Part shown: positions 54,274-64,000 of the stretch, piece after piece
Position numbering within the stretch: the first letter of the stretch is position 1
Layout of the letters: each line of letters begins with the position of its first letter
Source of the DNA: Candidatus Poribacteria bacterium
GTDB lineage: Bacteria > Poribacteria > WGA-4E > WGA-3G
DNA: 64,000 nt
Assembly (NCBI GenBank): GCA_963665235.2
Contig: CAXXLX010000001.1
Location: 864,001 to 928,000 of the forward strand
Reading direction: 5' to 3'
Program-made: the position numbers and the translations under genes
The notes under the pieces: generated by a model
What the model saw: only the letters and a program-made list of their open reading frames with translations
Told to the model about the DNA's origin: nothing
The model's database searches: none

Positions 54274-54302
54274 ATTGTAACACATTTTCGAACGGATGTC
54301 AA
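54274..54302 (-). promoter_or_regulatory. sigma70 promoter of argF-thrC
   Basis: TTGACA-17-TACAAT on the minus strand. Confidence 0.65.
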
Positions 54303-54554
54303 TTTTTTTCTTATCCGAGCACAGGGCCATTTAGTCTTTTTACTACTTCTGCGGGGGAAACGGGCAGGAAAATAGACGTAACTCTTAGAACCAATTTCGG
54401 AATTAAAGATGGAAATGCTATAAACATACTGCCCTTAAGGAGCGGGGGGAATGCGTAAGTCCTATTTAGACGATGAACAGTATTTCCGGTAAATTCCAAT
54501 CTTTATAAAATCCTGCCTAAAAATGAACGCGCTGACTTTCAAAGAAAAAAATCC

Positions 54555-54583
54555 TTGACATGAAACCTAAATTATATTATAAT
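54555..54583 (+). promoter_or_regulatory. Consensus sigma70 promoter of dapF-dapA
   Basis: TTGACA-17-TATAAT. Confidence 0.8.
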
Positions 54584-54616
54584 GAATGTAAGAAAACTAC
54601 ACTATGGAATATAAAA

Positions 54617-55485
54617 ATGAATAAAATACCCTTTATGAAACTCAGTGGGGCAGGCAACGACTTCGTCATCATCAATAATTTGAACCGAAACGTTGATAGC
54701 ACCGATAAAGATTTTGTGAACTTCGTGACAAAAGTATGCCAACGCCGCATGTCGGTCGGTGCCGACGGTATTCTACTGGTTGAGCCCGCAGCGGATGTGG
54801 ATTTTCGGATGCGCTATTTCAATGCCGATGGCGGCGAGGTGGAAACCTGCGGTAACGGTGCACGGTGCATCTCTAAATTCGCTTACCTGAATGGCCTCGT
54901 CACGGAACAGATGCGATTTCTAACTAACGCTGGTGTCTATGAATCCGAGATAGTCGGTGAGAACGTAAAGTACGCATGAGCGACCCAACGGACATTCGGA
55001 TTAATGTGCCGTTAAAGTACGCATGAGCGACCCAACGACATTCGGATTAATTAGCTTAGGACGGTGTGCATACCGTCGGTTTCGCAAATAGTGGCGTGCC
55101 GCACGTCGTTTTCTTTGTAGACGACCTGGAAGCAACAGATGTCTTTGACCTGGGGCAGCAGACCCGTTATCACAATGACTTCAAACCTGTAGGTACCAAC
55201 GCCAATTTCATCAGCATCCATTCAGCGGAACTACTCGATATTCGGACGTACGAACGCGGTGTTGAAGATGAGACACTCGCCTGCGGCACCGGTTCCATTG
55301 CTTCGGCTATTGTATCCGCAACGTTAGGGAAGGTTACATCACCTGTCTCTGTTAGAACCGCAAGCGGTGTTGTCCTGAAAATCCATTTTGAGTTGGAGAA
55401 CAACGCAGCGAAAAACGTTTATCTAGAAGGCGATGCCCGTGTTATCTACGCAGGCGAACTTACTGCAGAAGCATGGGATTACTAG
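54617..55485 (+). CDS. dapF: Diaminopimelate epimerase, interrupted by a roughly 40-bp duplication with indels at 54966-55051
   Basis: GAGNDF, GADG, FNADG.E.ETCGNG.RC in the first half; GVPH, YERGVE.ETLACGTG in the second half. Confidence 0.93.
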
Positions 55486-55536
55486 AAGTAGCAGGCACAC
55501 GCCGTTGTGCCGTAGCCATCAAGGAGGATTTACTAC

Positions 55537-56412
55537 ATGTTTCAAGGCTCTTATGTTGCACTTGTCACACCCTTTAAGGACGATGAATCGCTTGACGAAG
55601 CGAAACTTAAAGAACTAATTCATTTTCAGCTTGAAGGCGGCACACACGGCATTGTTCCGTGTGGAACGACAGGCGAATCACCTGCCCTTTCAGAGGTTGA
55701 ACACGACCGCGTCATAGAAATTACCGTTGAAACGGTAGATGGACAGGTGCCTGTAATTGCTGGCACGGGTTCCAATTCGACAACCCGTACGCTTCGCGCA
55801 ACGCAACACGCCAAAGCGGCAGGGGCAGACGCTGCATTGATTGTCACCCCCTATTACAACAAACCTACGCAGGAGGGGCTCTACGCGCATTACATGAAAA
55901 TCGCCGATACGGTTGACATTCCAATCGTTGTTTATAACGTTCCGGGGCGTTGCGGCACTGATATCCTCTCGCCAACTATTGCGCGCCTCGCCGAACATCC
56001 GAACATCGTCGCGCTCAAGGAGGCGACAGGCGAACTCAAACGCGCAAGTGAAGTTGTTAATCTATGTCCCGATGACTTCGTTGTGCTGTCCGGTGATGAT
56101 GTCAACACGTTACCTATTCTTGCTGTCGGTGGAAAAGGGGTTATCTCGGTTGTCGCTAACGTTGCACCTTCCGATGTTGCGGAAATGTGTAACGCTTTTC
56201 ACGGCGGAAATCTGGAACTTGCCAGAAAACTCCACTATAAAACGTTGCCGTTGGCAATTAACCTATTTATTGAAACGAACCCTATCCCGGCGAAATCAGC
56301 ACTGATGTTGATGGGCAGACTTAACGGAAAATTGCGGCTCCCGCTTGCACCGATATCCCCTGCGAACCTTGAAGTCTTGCGTGGGACGCTCACAGAAACA
56401 GGATTGATTTAG
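55537..56412 (+). CDS. dapA: 4-hydroxy-tetrahydrodipicolinate synthase
   Basis: ALVTPF, GTTGES, PYYNKP, YNVPGR, KEA, ETNPIP. Confidence 0.97.
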   Translation: MFQGSYVALVTPFKDDESLDEAKLKELIHFQLEGGTHGIVPCGTTGESPALSEVEHDRVIEITVETVDGQVPVIAGTGSNSTTRTLRATQHAKAAGADAALIVTPYYNKPTQEGLYAHYMKIADTVDIPIVVYNVPGRCGTDILSPTIARLAEHPNIVALKEATGELKRASEVVNLCPDDFVVLSGDDVNTLPILAVGGKGVISVVANVAPSDVAEMCNAFHGGNLELARKLHYKTLPLAINLFIETNPIPAKSALMLMGRLNGKLRLPLAPISPANLEVLRGTLTETGLI

Positions 56413-56422
56413 CACCCAGAAA

Positions 56423-56452
56423 AGAGGTACCCGAGCGAATTCGGGGACCTCT
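56423..56452. terminator. Hairpin between convergent dapA and patatin genes
   Basis: agaggtacccga-gcgaat-tcggggacctct. Confidence 0.5.
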
Positions 56453-57369
56453 TATCCTGCATAACGTGTAAAATGCTTAAGTGCTTCAGTCCGTTCAGCA
56501 AAATCGCGCGATGCCAGGGCCTTCAGGTTTTCCAACTGCCGGGTGGAGTCTAGTTCCCAAAAGTCTATGGTAGGGTTAATCCGCAGATAGTTCTCTTTCA
56601 GCAGGAGTGCCGCTATATTTGCGGCGGTCTGAGATTGTAACGTCATTACGTAAGAAATTAGCTTTGCCCCGCCCCATCCTGTGAGAAAACCCCAGCTCCG
56701 CCTATTGCGATACATGTTCGTCGAATGTCCCGTGCCGATAGATAAAATTCGGAGCTGTGTTTCCGTTTTCCCGAACTTTGTGTGTGCCTCCGTAAAAGCA
56801 GCAATAGATGGGTTATTTGCCCATAATCCGCCATCTGCCAACAATAGGGTAGTGCCAACAGGTTTTGTCGCGAAAAATGTAGGCGCAGCACAGGAGGCTA
56901 AGATAGCGTCATGCAAATTCACGTCTCTATCTGAAGCGGGTGGGCCTCCGACTTTTTCTATATAACCTGAGCGGAAAATGTGCGATTCACTCGTCGTTAT
57001 CTCCGAACTTGTTATCATCAAGGGGGTTGCGATTTCGGATAGCGGTGTTGCCGGTATATGTTTCGCTATAATCTGTGCAAGTTTTTTGTTTGAATACTTG
57101 CTGAAAAACAACGGATTGCGGTACCACCTTTTCTGAAATATGTTGGGAGCCTCAATTTCAAAGAGTTCCACTATTTCTGTCATAGGGATGTCGGAAACAG
57201 CTGCCCCTGCTACAATTGAGCCCGTGCTGGTGCCAGCAATGAGCTCAAAGCAGTCTTTGATACGGGTCCCAAACGTCTGTTCTATCTGGGCAAGGAGTTG
57301 AGCGGTGTAGATGCCGCGGGTGCCGCCGCCATCTAGGGCGAGGATGCGGAAGATGTCGGTGTTTTGCAT
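56452..57369 (-). CDS. Patatin-like phospholipase (CapV-like)
   Basis: LDGGGTRG, GTSTG, AAPTFF, DGGLWANNP, SIGTG. Confidence 0.92.
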   Translation of the reverse strand: MQNTDIFRILALDGGGTRGIYTAQLLAQIEQTFGTRIKDCFELIAGTSTGSIVAGAAVSDIPMTEIVELFEIEAPNIFQKRWYRNPLFFSKYSNKKLAQIIAKHIPATPLSEIATPLMITSSEITTSESHIFRSGYIEKVGGPPASDRDVNLHDAILASCAAPTFFATKPVGTTLLLADGGLWANNPSIAAFTEAHTKFGKTETQLRILSIGTGHSTNMYRNRRSWGFLTGWGGAKLISYVMTLQSQTAANIAALLLKENYLRINPTIDFWELDSTRQLENLKALASRDFAERTEALKHFTRYAG

Positions 57370-57386
57370 TGGGTGCCTCTCTGAGG

Positions 57387-58382
57387 TTATGCGTCATCCT
57401 CGTCTTCGGGCAGTTCCCAGTCGGCGGGATCGAGCACTTTGATACGCGGTCGGAAGACTTTATCAAACAACTCCAGCTTTGATGCAAACCATTCGTGCTG
57501 ATTGGGCCAATCAGTTTCATCTGCGGGGTCGGTGTCCTCCTTATATAAGGAAATCCTGCTCCTTTTATACTCGGGTAATTCGTTCCATTCAAGTGGTTCA
57601 CCAAATTCCTTATGAAACGCCTCTTGTTGTTCTTTTAGCAAGTAGAAGTGTGCTGTGGCATCCGGTCCCCACATTTGGAGGCGAATACTGATATTTCTTT
57701 TTTGAATACCCAGCCAGGCTACTATATTAAATTTACCTTTCCCAACACTAAAAGGCATCCAACTTCGAGGCCTTGGGCTGTGTGGCGAAAGTGAACTCTC
57801 ATGGACGCGCAAATGTTCAACGAATTCCATCCAGAATTTCTCCTGCTGTAGTTTTGTTTCAGAGAGGTCTTTGCTCACTGCACGTTCCGTAACATGACTC
57901 ACTGTCCGGTTCCAATTATTTGGTTTGGAGACGATCTCAAATTGCGGGGCGCGGTCAGAATCCCCAATTTGCCATACCTTAACCTCTATCCCAAAGTACT
58001 GAAAACGTTCATCTGTCATCTCATTTTGTCGGTCAAGTGCAGCCCGGTGCTCATCCCGGAATTCTTTGGCAATCCAGATAACCGTGTGGACATCCAAGCC
58101 TGCTGCATAAGTTAGGATTTGCCCAAGATGCTTGTGGTCTGTCTCCTCCAATTGATTTTCAATGAGCACGCGAGTGTCATTTTCTGAATTCCTGCATAAA
58201 ATGTCGGCCTGGAAGTCCCCAACTTTTGTCTCTTTTGCTTCAAGTTCAAGTTCTATGCCTAGCGTCTCGGCGAGAAGGGTTAGGTTTTCTTCCTCTGCCA
58301 ACCAAGGTGTGAAGTCTGCGGCTTCGTTGGGCCAAATATCGCGTAGTTCAATGGGTTTAAGACGGGAAAGTTCCTCCTGCAT
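57387..58382 (-). CDS. DUF4268 domain protein with N-terminal PD-(D/E)xK-like nuclease fold
   Basis: LRDIWPNEAADFTPWL, ADIL, IENQL, H.HLGQ.LTY; C-terminal DUF4268-like LEW.EL...SRI. Confidence 0.85.
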   Translation of the reverse strand: MQEELSRLKPIELRDIWPNEAADFTPWLAEEENLTLLAETLGIELELEAKETKVGDFQADILCRNSENDTRVLIENQLEETDHKHLGQILTYAAGLDVHTVIWIAKEFRDEHRAALDRQNEMTDERFQYFGIEVKVWQIGDSDRAPQFEIVSKPNNWNRTVSHVTERAVSKDLSETKLQQEKFWMEFVEHLRVHESSLSPHSPRPRSWMPFSVGKGKFNIVAWLGIQKRNISIRLQMWGPDATAHFYLLKEQQEAFHKEFGEPLEWNELPEYKRSRISLYKEDTDPADETDWPNQHEWFASKLELFDKVFRPRIKVLDPADWELPEDEDDA

Positions 58383-58502
58383 TAGGTGTTATCTCCTATT
58401 ATTTGTTAGTTGTTCGCATTTGTCGCAATAGTGAATTCTGGGGCGTAAGGCGAATCTGCAATTTGGATGTCGCGTAAGGGAACGCTGCGAGAGCCATGGA
58501 AT

Positions 58503-59411
58503 TCATTCATCAGCGCGTTCCTCCCACTCTAATTCGTTGAGTGCTTGAACTTCCACTGCTACTTGTTCTTCAAGCTTCTTATTCCCCGCTGCGCGTGCAA
58601 GTTTGAGGGCTATCTCAAAATCCTCACGGGCTTTCTTGTTTCGGTTGAGGCGCTGTTCCAATTTGCCTCGTTCGACATAAGCCTCTCCGTTCTCTGGCAT
58701 GAGTCGAATTGTCTCGCTAAAGTCCGCAATCGCCGCTTCGTACTGACGGAGTGAGCTTTTTGACATTGCCCGGTTCCAGTAGGGAATGCCGCTTTTCGGA
58801 TAGAGCCGAATGGTTTCGTCAAAGTCTTCAACGGCACTTTCATGTTTTCTAAGCATCATTTTCGCAAGTCCTCTGTTATGATAACCTTCCGCAAGTTCCG
58901 GGTTTAGACGGAGTGCCTCATCATGATCTATGAGTGCCTCCTCATTTTTGCCAAGTTTCGTCTGGGCAAGCCCCCGGTTCGTATATGCCTCAGCATCCGA
59001 TGGATTGAGACGGATTGCCTCATCAAAGTCCGCAATTGCTGCTGTGTGCTGATTCAGTGCGTCTTTGATTTTCCCGCGCTGTGTATAGGCTTCCGCATAA
59101 ACAGGATTCAGCTGTATCGCTGTGTCGTAAGCCGCTAGTGCCTTCTTTTTCTTGTCTTGTTCCCGTAGGAGCATGCCGATAGAGAACCACGCGTGCGCAG
59201 CGACTTCGGTATCAATCGCCTCGACGATATTTGCAAGCGAACGCCATTTTTCAAGGGCTGCTTCGGTTTTTCCCTCTTTTTGCAAAAGGCGCGCATCCGC
59301 AATTGCCGTATCTATTACGAAAGCCGTCGGCAGTGTTTGATAGGTTTGCGTCGTCTCCTCAACTTGCTGTGTGCCTTGTTCGGGGTTCGGTTTGATAAGT
59401 TCTTCACTCAC
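58503..59411 (-). CDS. Tetratricopeptide repeat protein
   Basis: Repeated AY..RG / A.ADFDEAIRLNP motifs. Confidence 0.92.
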   Translation of the reverse strand: MSEELIKPNPEQGTQQVEETTQTYQTLPTAFVIDTAIADARLLQKEGKTEAALEKWRSLANIVEAIDTEVAAHAWFSIGMLLREQDKKKKALAAYDTAIQLNPVYAEAYTQRGKIKDALNQHTAAIADFDEAIRLNPSDAEAYTNRGLAQTKLGKNEEALIDHDEALRLNPELAEGYHNRGLAKMMLRKHESAVEDFDETIRLYPKSGIPYWNRAMSKSSLRQYEAAIADFSETIRLMPENGEAYVERGKLEQRLNRNKKAREDFEIALKLARAAGNKKLEEQVAVEVQALNELEWEERADE

Positions 59412-59438
59412 GGTTTATACCTCCTTTTATTTGTTTGT

Positions 59439-59900
59439 TTAGTTGTTCGCATTTGTCACGATAGTGAATTCTGGGGCGTAAGGCGAATCGGCAATTTGAA
59501 TAACCCTAATCTCTAGCCCGAAAAACTGAAGGGCAGCCGGTGTATTTTTGTTCAGCCAATTGAGGGTTTCACGGTGTTCAGACCGCAGCTCCGTTGCAAT
59601 CCAGATGATGGTAGCAGCATCTAGGCCTGCGGCATAAGTCAGAACTTTGCCGAGATGCAGATGGTTTGACTTTTCAAGTTGATTTTCGATAACGACGCGT
59701 GAGCCGTCTCTCTTGTTCTGACATACGATGTCGGCTCGGAAAGCCCCGACGCGTTTCTCTATTGCTTCAAGTTCTAGCGTCATGTTCAGCGGTTTTTCAA
59801 GAAAGACTAAATTTTCTGCTAACCAGGGCGTAAAATCCCGTGCTTCATGCGGCCAGATAGTGCGCAGCTCAATGTTTCTACGGAAGGTGAATTCCTGCAT
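59439..59900 (-). CDS. Stand-alone N-terminal nuclease-like domain of the DUF4268 family
   Basis: Colinear with the first roughly 155 aa of 57387-58382. Confidence 0.85.
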   Translation of the reverse strand: MQEFTFRRNIELRTIWPHEARDFTPWLAENLVFLEKPLNMTLELEAIEKRVGAFRADIVCQNKRDGSRVVIENQLEKSNHLHLGKVLTYAAGLDAATIIWIATELRSEHRETLNWLNKNTPAALQFFGLEIRVIQIADSPYAPEFTIVTNANN

Positions 59901-60799
59901 TAGTTGTTGTCGTCCTCCGATTTGTCAAGTGATCGAAGCCAACCTTCAACATAAGCTTGTTGCTGCTCATCGCCGGCTGCGCGTGCAAGTTTCAGAGAGA
60001 TTTCTAAATCCGTTCTTGCTTCTGCATCCTGTCCTCGGCGGCTTTTATACAGGGCTCGCTGGGCATAGGGATGCGCGAATTCCGGATCTCTTCGTATTGC
60101 TTCTTCACAGTCAGCAAGTGCTGACTCATATTGAAGCAGCCTGTCCTTTGACCCTGCCCGGTTCCAGTAAGGAATAGCACTTTCCGGATAGAGCCGAATG
60201 GTTTCGTCAAAGTCTTCAACGGCACTTTCATGTTTTCCAAGCATCATCTTGGCAAGTCCTCTGTTATGATAGCCTTCCACAAGTTCTGGGTTTAGACGGA
60301 GTGCCTCGTCGTGATCTATGAGTGCCTCCTCATTTTTGCCAAGTTTCGTCTGTGCAAGCCCCCGGTTCGTGTATGCCTCAGCATCCGATGGATTGAGTCG
60401 GATTGCCTCATCAAAGTCCGCAATCGCTGCTGTGTGTTGATTTAGGGCATCTTTGATTTTCCCGCGCTGTGTATAGGCATCCGCATAAACAGGATTTAGC
60501 TGTATCGCTGTGTCGTAAGCCGCTAGTGCCTTCTTTTTCTTGTCTTGCTCCTGCAAGAGCGTGCCGATAGAGAACCACGCGTGCGCAGCGACTTCGGTAT
60601 CAATCGCCTCGACGATGTTTGCGAGCGAACGCCATTTTTCAAGGGCTGCTTCGGTTTTTCCCTCTTTTTCCAAAAGACGCGCATCCGCAATTGCGGTATC
60701 TATTACGAAAGCCGTTGGCAGTGTTTGATAGGTTCGCGTCGTCTCCTCAACTTTCTGTGTGCCTTGTTCGGTGTTCGGTTTCATAAGTTTTTTACTCAA
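59900..60799 (-). CDS. Tetratricopeptide repeat protein (recent paralog of 58503-59411)
   Basis: Near-identical first roughly 215 aa, divergent C-terminal repeats; GGAGG RBS before TTG. Confidence 0.92.
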   Translation of the reverse strand: MSKKLMKPNTEQGTQKVEETTRTYQTLPTAFVIDTAIADARLLEKEGKTEAALEKWRSLANIVEAIDTEVAAHAWFSIGTLLQEQDKKKKALAAYDTAIQLNPVYADAYTQRGKIKDALNQHTAAIADFDEAIRLNPSDAEAYTNRGLAQTKLGKNEEALIDHDEALRLNPELVEGYHNRGLAKMMLGKHESAVEDFDETIRLYPESAIPYWNRAGSKDRLLQYESALADCEEAIRRDPEFAHPYAQRALYKSRRGQDAEARTDLEISLKLARAAGDEQQQAYVEGWLRSLDKSEDDNN

Positions 60800-60870
60800 G
60801 GTTTACACCTCCATCTTTGTATTTTTAACAATATACCACATTTTTTTCTGAAAATCAATGGAATTTTAGC

Positions 60871-60900
60871 TTGACATAGCCTAGCAATTTTTGCTAAAAT
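60871..60900 (+). promoter_or_regulatory. sigma70 promoter
   Basis: TTGACA-18-TAAAAT upstream of the SOD gene. Confidence 0.6.
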
Positions 60901-60931
60901 AGTTTTCAAAATAGGATGATAAGGAGAAGTC

Positions 60932-61657
60932 ATGAACCGTAGAAACTTTTTAATTCAGGGAAGCACTGCCGCAGCAGGTCTGTTCCTTGTGAACACGCCG
61001 CTGCGCGTCTATGCAGCCCAACATGAACACGATGACCATGCCCACGGCTATGCACTGCCGAAGTTGCCTTATGCACACGATGCCCTTGAACCGCATATTG
61101 ACAAGCGCACGATGGAGATCCATCACGGCAAACACCATCAAGGGTATGTCAATAAACTCAATGCGGCACTTGAAGGTGAAAACGATTTGGCACACATGCC
61201 GATCGAGAAGCTCCTTCAGAATATCGAAAAGGTGCCGATGAAAATCCGCCAAGCGGTTATCAACAGCGGCGGTGGACATGCGAATCACACACTCTTTTGG
61301 AACACTATGATTCCCGGCGGTAGAGAGCCATCAGGGAAGGTTGCGGAAGCCATTCAATCCACGTTCGGCTCGCTTGACGCGGGCAGTGAAATGTTCGTCA
61401 AAACGGCGAAAACGCATTTCGGGTCAGGCTGGGCATGGCTTGTCGTTGACGAAAAGAAGAAGCTACAGATTTACGCCACAGCAAATCAGGATAGTCCGTT
61501 GATGAAGGGACATACGCCTATTCTCGGACTTGATGTTTGGGAACATGCCTATTACCTGAAATATCAGAACCGACGCGCCGATTACATTGAGGCATGGGGT
61601 GAAGTTGTCAATTGGAAACAGGTTAACCTCAATTACCTATCAGCGATGAAAGCATAG
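60932..61657 (+). CDS. Fe/Mn superoxide dismutase with Tat signal peptide
   Basis: [35 protein letters not shown]. Confidence 0.96.
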   Translation: MNRRNFLIQGSTAAAGLFLVNTPLRVYAAQHEHDDHAHGYALPKLPYAHDALEPHIDKRTMEIHHGKHHQGYVNKLNAALEGENDLAHMPIEKLLQNIEKVPMKIRQAVINSGGGHANHTLFWNTMIPGGREPSGKVAEAIQSTFGSLDAGSEMFVKTAKTHFGSGWAWLVVDEKKKLQIYATANQDSPLMKGHTPILGLDVWEHAYYLKYQNRRADYIEAWGEVVNWKQVNLNYLSAMKA

Positions 61658-61667
61658 AGGGATTAAC

Positions 61668-62798
61668 ATGAAACGTAGAGATTTTTTGCGGCATAGCGGT
61701 ATTACTCTCACCGGTCTGTTGCTCAGTCCTTGGGCGGTTTACGCCTTCCCGGACCGCAAGGGGGAAGTGCTTATTCCATTTACCGAGCAGCCGCCCCCCT
61801 CAAATCGAGTTCTGCTGGATTGGAGCGAATTTGATTCATTTATCACCCCGAACGATAAATTTTTCAACGTCTCACACTACAACAAACCTAAAATTGACCT
61901 CACCACGTGGAAGTTAGAGGTCAGCGGTTTGGTTGAAAACCCCCTGATGTTCACAATTGAGGATATCAAAGCGCGTCCCAAGCGAGATGTCACCTTTACG
62001 TTGGAATGCTCCGGTAATCACGGAGCAGCAGCTTTCACCGGTGCAATTGGTAACGCAAAATGGGGGGGCACACCTCTCGCTCCGATTCTCAAGGAGGCGG
62101 GTATCCAAAAGGACGGTATTGAGGTTATTTTCTTCGGACATGATACCGGTGAAGAGAAGCGGCGCGGTGTCACGATGCGTCAGAACTTTGCCCGAAGTAT
62201 GTCTGTTGAAGATGCACTTGCGGATACTAACCTCCTCTGTTATGAGATGAACGGTGAACCGTTACCACATGGGAACGGTGCGCCGCTACGCTTAATTGCC
62301 CCCGGTTGGTACGGCATCGCCTGTGTCAAGTGGCTCAAACGTATTGAGGTACGCGATACCCGATTTATGGGAAGATTCATGGCGCGGGATTATGTCACAA
62401 TGCGTCAGGAGAAACGCCCGGATGGTGAATCGGTTTGGATGGAAACCTCGGTCGGTAGAACACAGTTGAAATCGTTAGCGGCGAAGGTAACGCGCCTCGA
62501 CGATAAATACCGTATCTACGGAGCTGCCTGGGGTGCCCCTATCCAGAGGGTTGAGGTCAGCATTGATAGTGGCCCTTGGCAAAAGGCGACGATAGACCCC
62601 GAAGAGGATGCCGAATTTGCTTGGAAAATCTGGCATCTCAATTGGGACAACCCACCGAAAGGTGAACACACCATCGTCTCCAGAGCCGTAGATACAGCCG
62701 GAAATATACAACCCGCTGCTGATTCCGACTACATAACAGGGAAACACACCTATTGGGAAAGCAACGGCCAAATTGTGCGTAAAATTCACATTGAATAG
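61668..62798 (+). CDS. Sulfite oxidase family molybdopterin enzyme with Tat signal
   Basis: KRRDFL, LECSGN, MNGEPLP..NG.PLRL..PGWYG..VKWL. Confidence 0.92.
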   Translation: MKRRDFLRHSGITLTGLLLSPWAVYAFPDRKGEVLIPFTEQPPPSNRVLLDWSEFDSFITPNDKFFNVSHYNKPKIDLTTWKLEVSGLVENPLMFTIEDIKARPKRDVTFTLECSGNHGAAAFTGAIGNAKWGGTPLAPILKEAGIQKDGIEVIFFGHDTGEEKRRGVTMRQNFARSMSVEDALADTNLLCYEMNGEPLPHGNGAPLRLIAPGWYGIACVKWLKRIEVRDTRFMGRFMARDYVTMRQEKRPDGESVWMETSVGRTQLKSLAAKVTRLDDKYRIYGAAWGAPIQRVEVSIDSGPWQKATIDPEEDAEFAWKIWHLNWDNPPKGEHTIVSRAVDTAGNIQPAADSDYITGKHTYWESNGQIVRKIHIE

Positions 62799-62809
62799 GA
62801 GCCTCGATT

Positions 62810-63580
62810 TTGATAAATATAACCGATAAACAGAAACAGCAGTACCAAGAGGAAGGCTATTTCATTTTGGAGAACGTTATTCCGGAATCGCTTTTGGAAC
62901 TGCTTCGCAGCGAATGCGGCACATTTATCAGTCAGATGGATGAGCGGATGGAACGGGAAAACACGGATGTACTCGGTCTTAACCATCGGAACAAACGTTA
63001 TTTTGTTTCAAACTGCTTTAGGCAGCAACCAAAACTTCGCGAATTTCTGTTCAGTGAGCTGATGGCGGAGGTCTGTCGTGCTACCTTAGGCGATACCGCT
63101 TATCTTTTCTGGGAACAGTATGTTGTCAAAGGTGCAGAGGCAGGCATGAAGTTCAGTTGGCATCAAGATTCGGGCTACGTCGGTTATCCTGACCACAAAC
63201 CTTATCTTACCTGCTGGTGTGCCCTAGACGATATGTCGGAGGAGAACGGTACAGTATACGTTATGCCGTTTTCACAGATCGGTATCCGCTCGTGGGTGAA
63301 GCATATCCGGGAGGAGGGCAGCAACGATTTAGTGGGTTATTTCGGTCCGGAGAAGGGGGTGCCAGCGATTGTGCCTGCGGGGAGCATTGTGGCATTTACA
63401 AGTATTAATTTTCACAGTAGTGGAACAAATACTACCGATTCAATGCGGCGTGCTTACCTTGCACAGTATTCAGCGGAGCCGCTGCTTTCGCATGATGGAA
63501 GTCGGTTGTGGGGCAGTGCGGAGCCGTTGTTGCGAGATGGAAAGTCTGCTGTGGGTGAGCCCCCACCGAAGATTTCGTAG
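62810..63580 (+). CDS. PhyH family dioxygenase
   Basis: WHQDSGY, ALDD...ENG, FHSSG.N...RR. Confidence 0.92.
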   Translation: MINITDKQKQQYQEEGYFILENVIPESLLELLRSECGTFISQMDERMERENTDVLGLNHRNKRYFVSNCFRQQPKLREFLFSELMAEVCRATLGDTAYLFWEQYVVKGAEAGMKFSWHQDSGYVGYPDHKPYLTCWCALDDMSEENGTVYVMPFSQIGIRSWVKHIREEGSNDLVGYFGPEKGVPAIVPAGSIVAFTSINFHSSGTNTTDSMRRAYLAQYSAEPLLSHDGSRLWGSAEPLLRDGKSAVGEPPPKIS

Positions 63581-63631
63581 CGGCTTGATTAAGGTAAGAA
63601 CGTGCGGTGGAGCAATCTGCCGTACGCATTT

Positions 63632-64000
63632 TTACTCGGCGTTTTCAAGTTCTTGGAGTAGTTCCTCTACTTCGGCTTTGAGGGGCTCATTGCGGATCTG
63701 CTTTAGGAGTTTCAATGCCGTTTGATAATCCGCTTTTGCCTCCTGAATTTGTCCTAAGCCCGCGTATGCAACTCCACGATTCTTGTAGGCAAAAGCGTTA
63801 TCAGATTTGAGACGTATTCCTTCATTACAGTCAGCAAGCGCGGACTCATATTGCCCTAACGCGTTCTTTGCTCTACCTCGATTGCTGTGTGCCGAGTCAA
63901 AATCTGGTTTCAGACGTATCGTCTCATCAAAGTCTGGAATTGCAGACTCAAATTCACCTAACCGTATCTTGGCAAGTCCACGGCCATTGTAAGTAAAGGC
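63632..64000 (-). CDS. TPR protein, 3' part (runs off the window)
   Basis: Own translation AFTYNGRGLAKIRLGEFESAIPDFDETIRLKPD..., stop TAA at 63632-63634. Confidence 0.85.
   Translation of the reverse strand, partial: AFTYNGRGLAKIRLGEFESAIPDFDETIRLKPDFDSAHSNRGRAKNALGQYESALADCNEGIRLKSDNAFAYKNRGVAYAGLGQIQEAKADYQTALKLLKQIRNEPLKAEVEELLQELENAE

Noticed and set aside
56452-57369. Complete CBASS system
   Set aside because: No CD-NTase, Cap2 or Cap3 recognisable nearby
1-64000. tRNA, rRNA, prophage or integron
   Set aside because: No recognisable cloverleaf, rRNA motif, phage structural gene or integrase seen by eye

Overview
Bacterial chromosomal window, about 48% GC by eye. It is most consistent with Candidatus Poribacteria (inference from PhyH dioxygenases, ECF sigma factors fused to beta-propellers, cohesin/dockerin proteins and a 'NYPNPFNPETWIPYQL' C-terminal domain). 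Housekeeping genes (double-length uvrA, era, holA, thrC, argF, dapF, dapA, Fe/Mn-SOD) are mixed with accessory loci. These are a complete IS607 element whose TnpB has pro-Fanzor-type RuvC motifs, two ECF-sigma/TM/beta-propeller fusions, a Nal1-like protease cluster, a cohesin/dockerin operon, a heavy-metal RND operon and a TPR/DUF4268-nuclease/patatin cluster. The intergenic DNA is unusually rich. Two protein-free IS200/IS605-derived elements (about 28347-29214 and 41558-41976) share the same ends but carry different, highly base-paired interiors that end like TnpB omega-RNA loci; these are my best candidate for an undescribed system. There are also two MITE shell families filled with modular repeats and at least five REP-like tandem arrays, one of them translated inside an efflux adaptor gene. 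No CRISPR array, tRNA or rRNA was seen. Several frameshifts, including one in dapF, suggest assembly indel errors, so pseudogene calls and repeat copy numbers need read-level confirmation. All homology calls are by motif recognition only; no searches were run.
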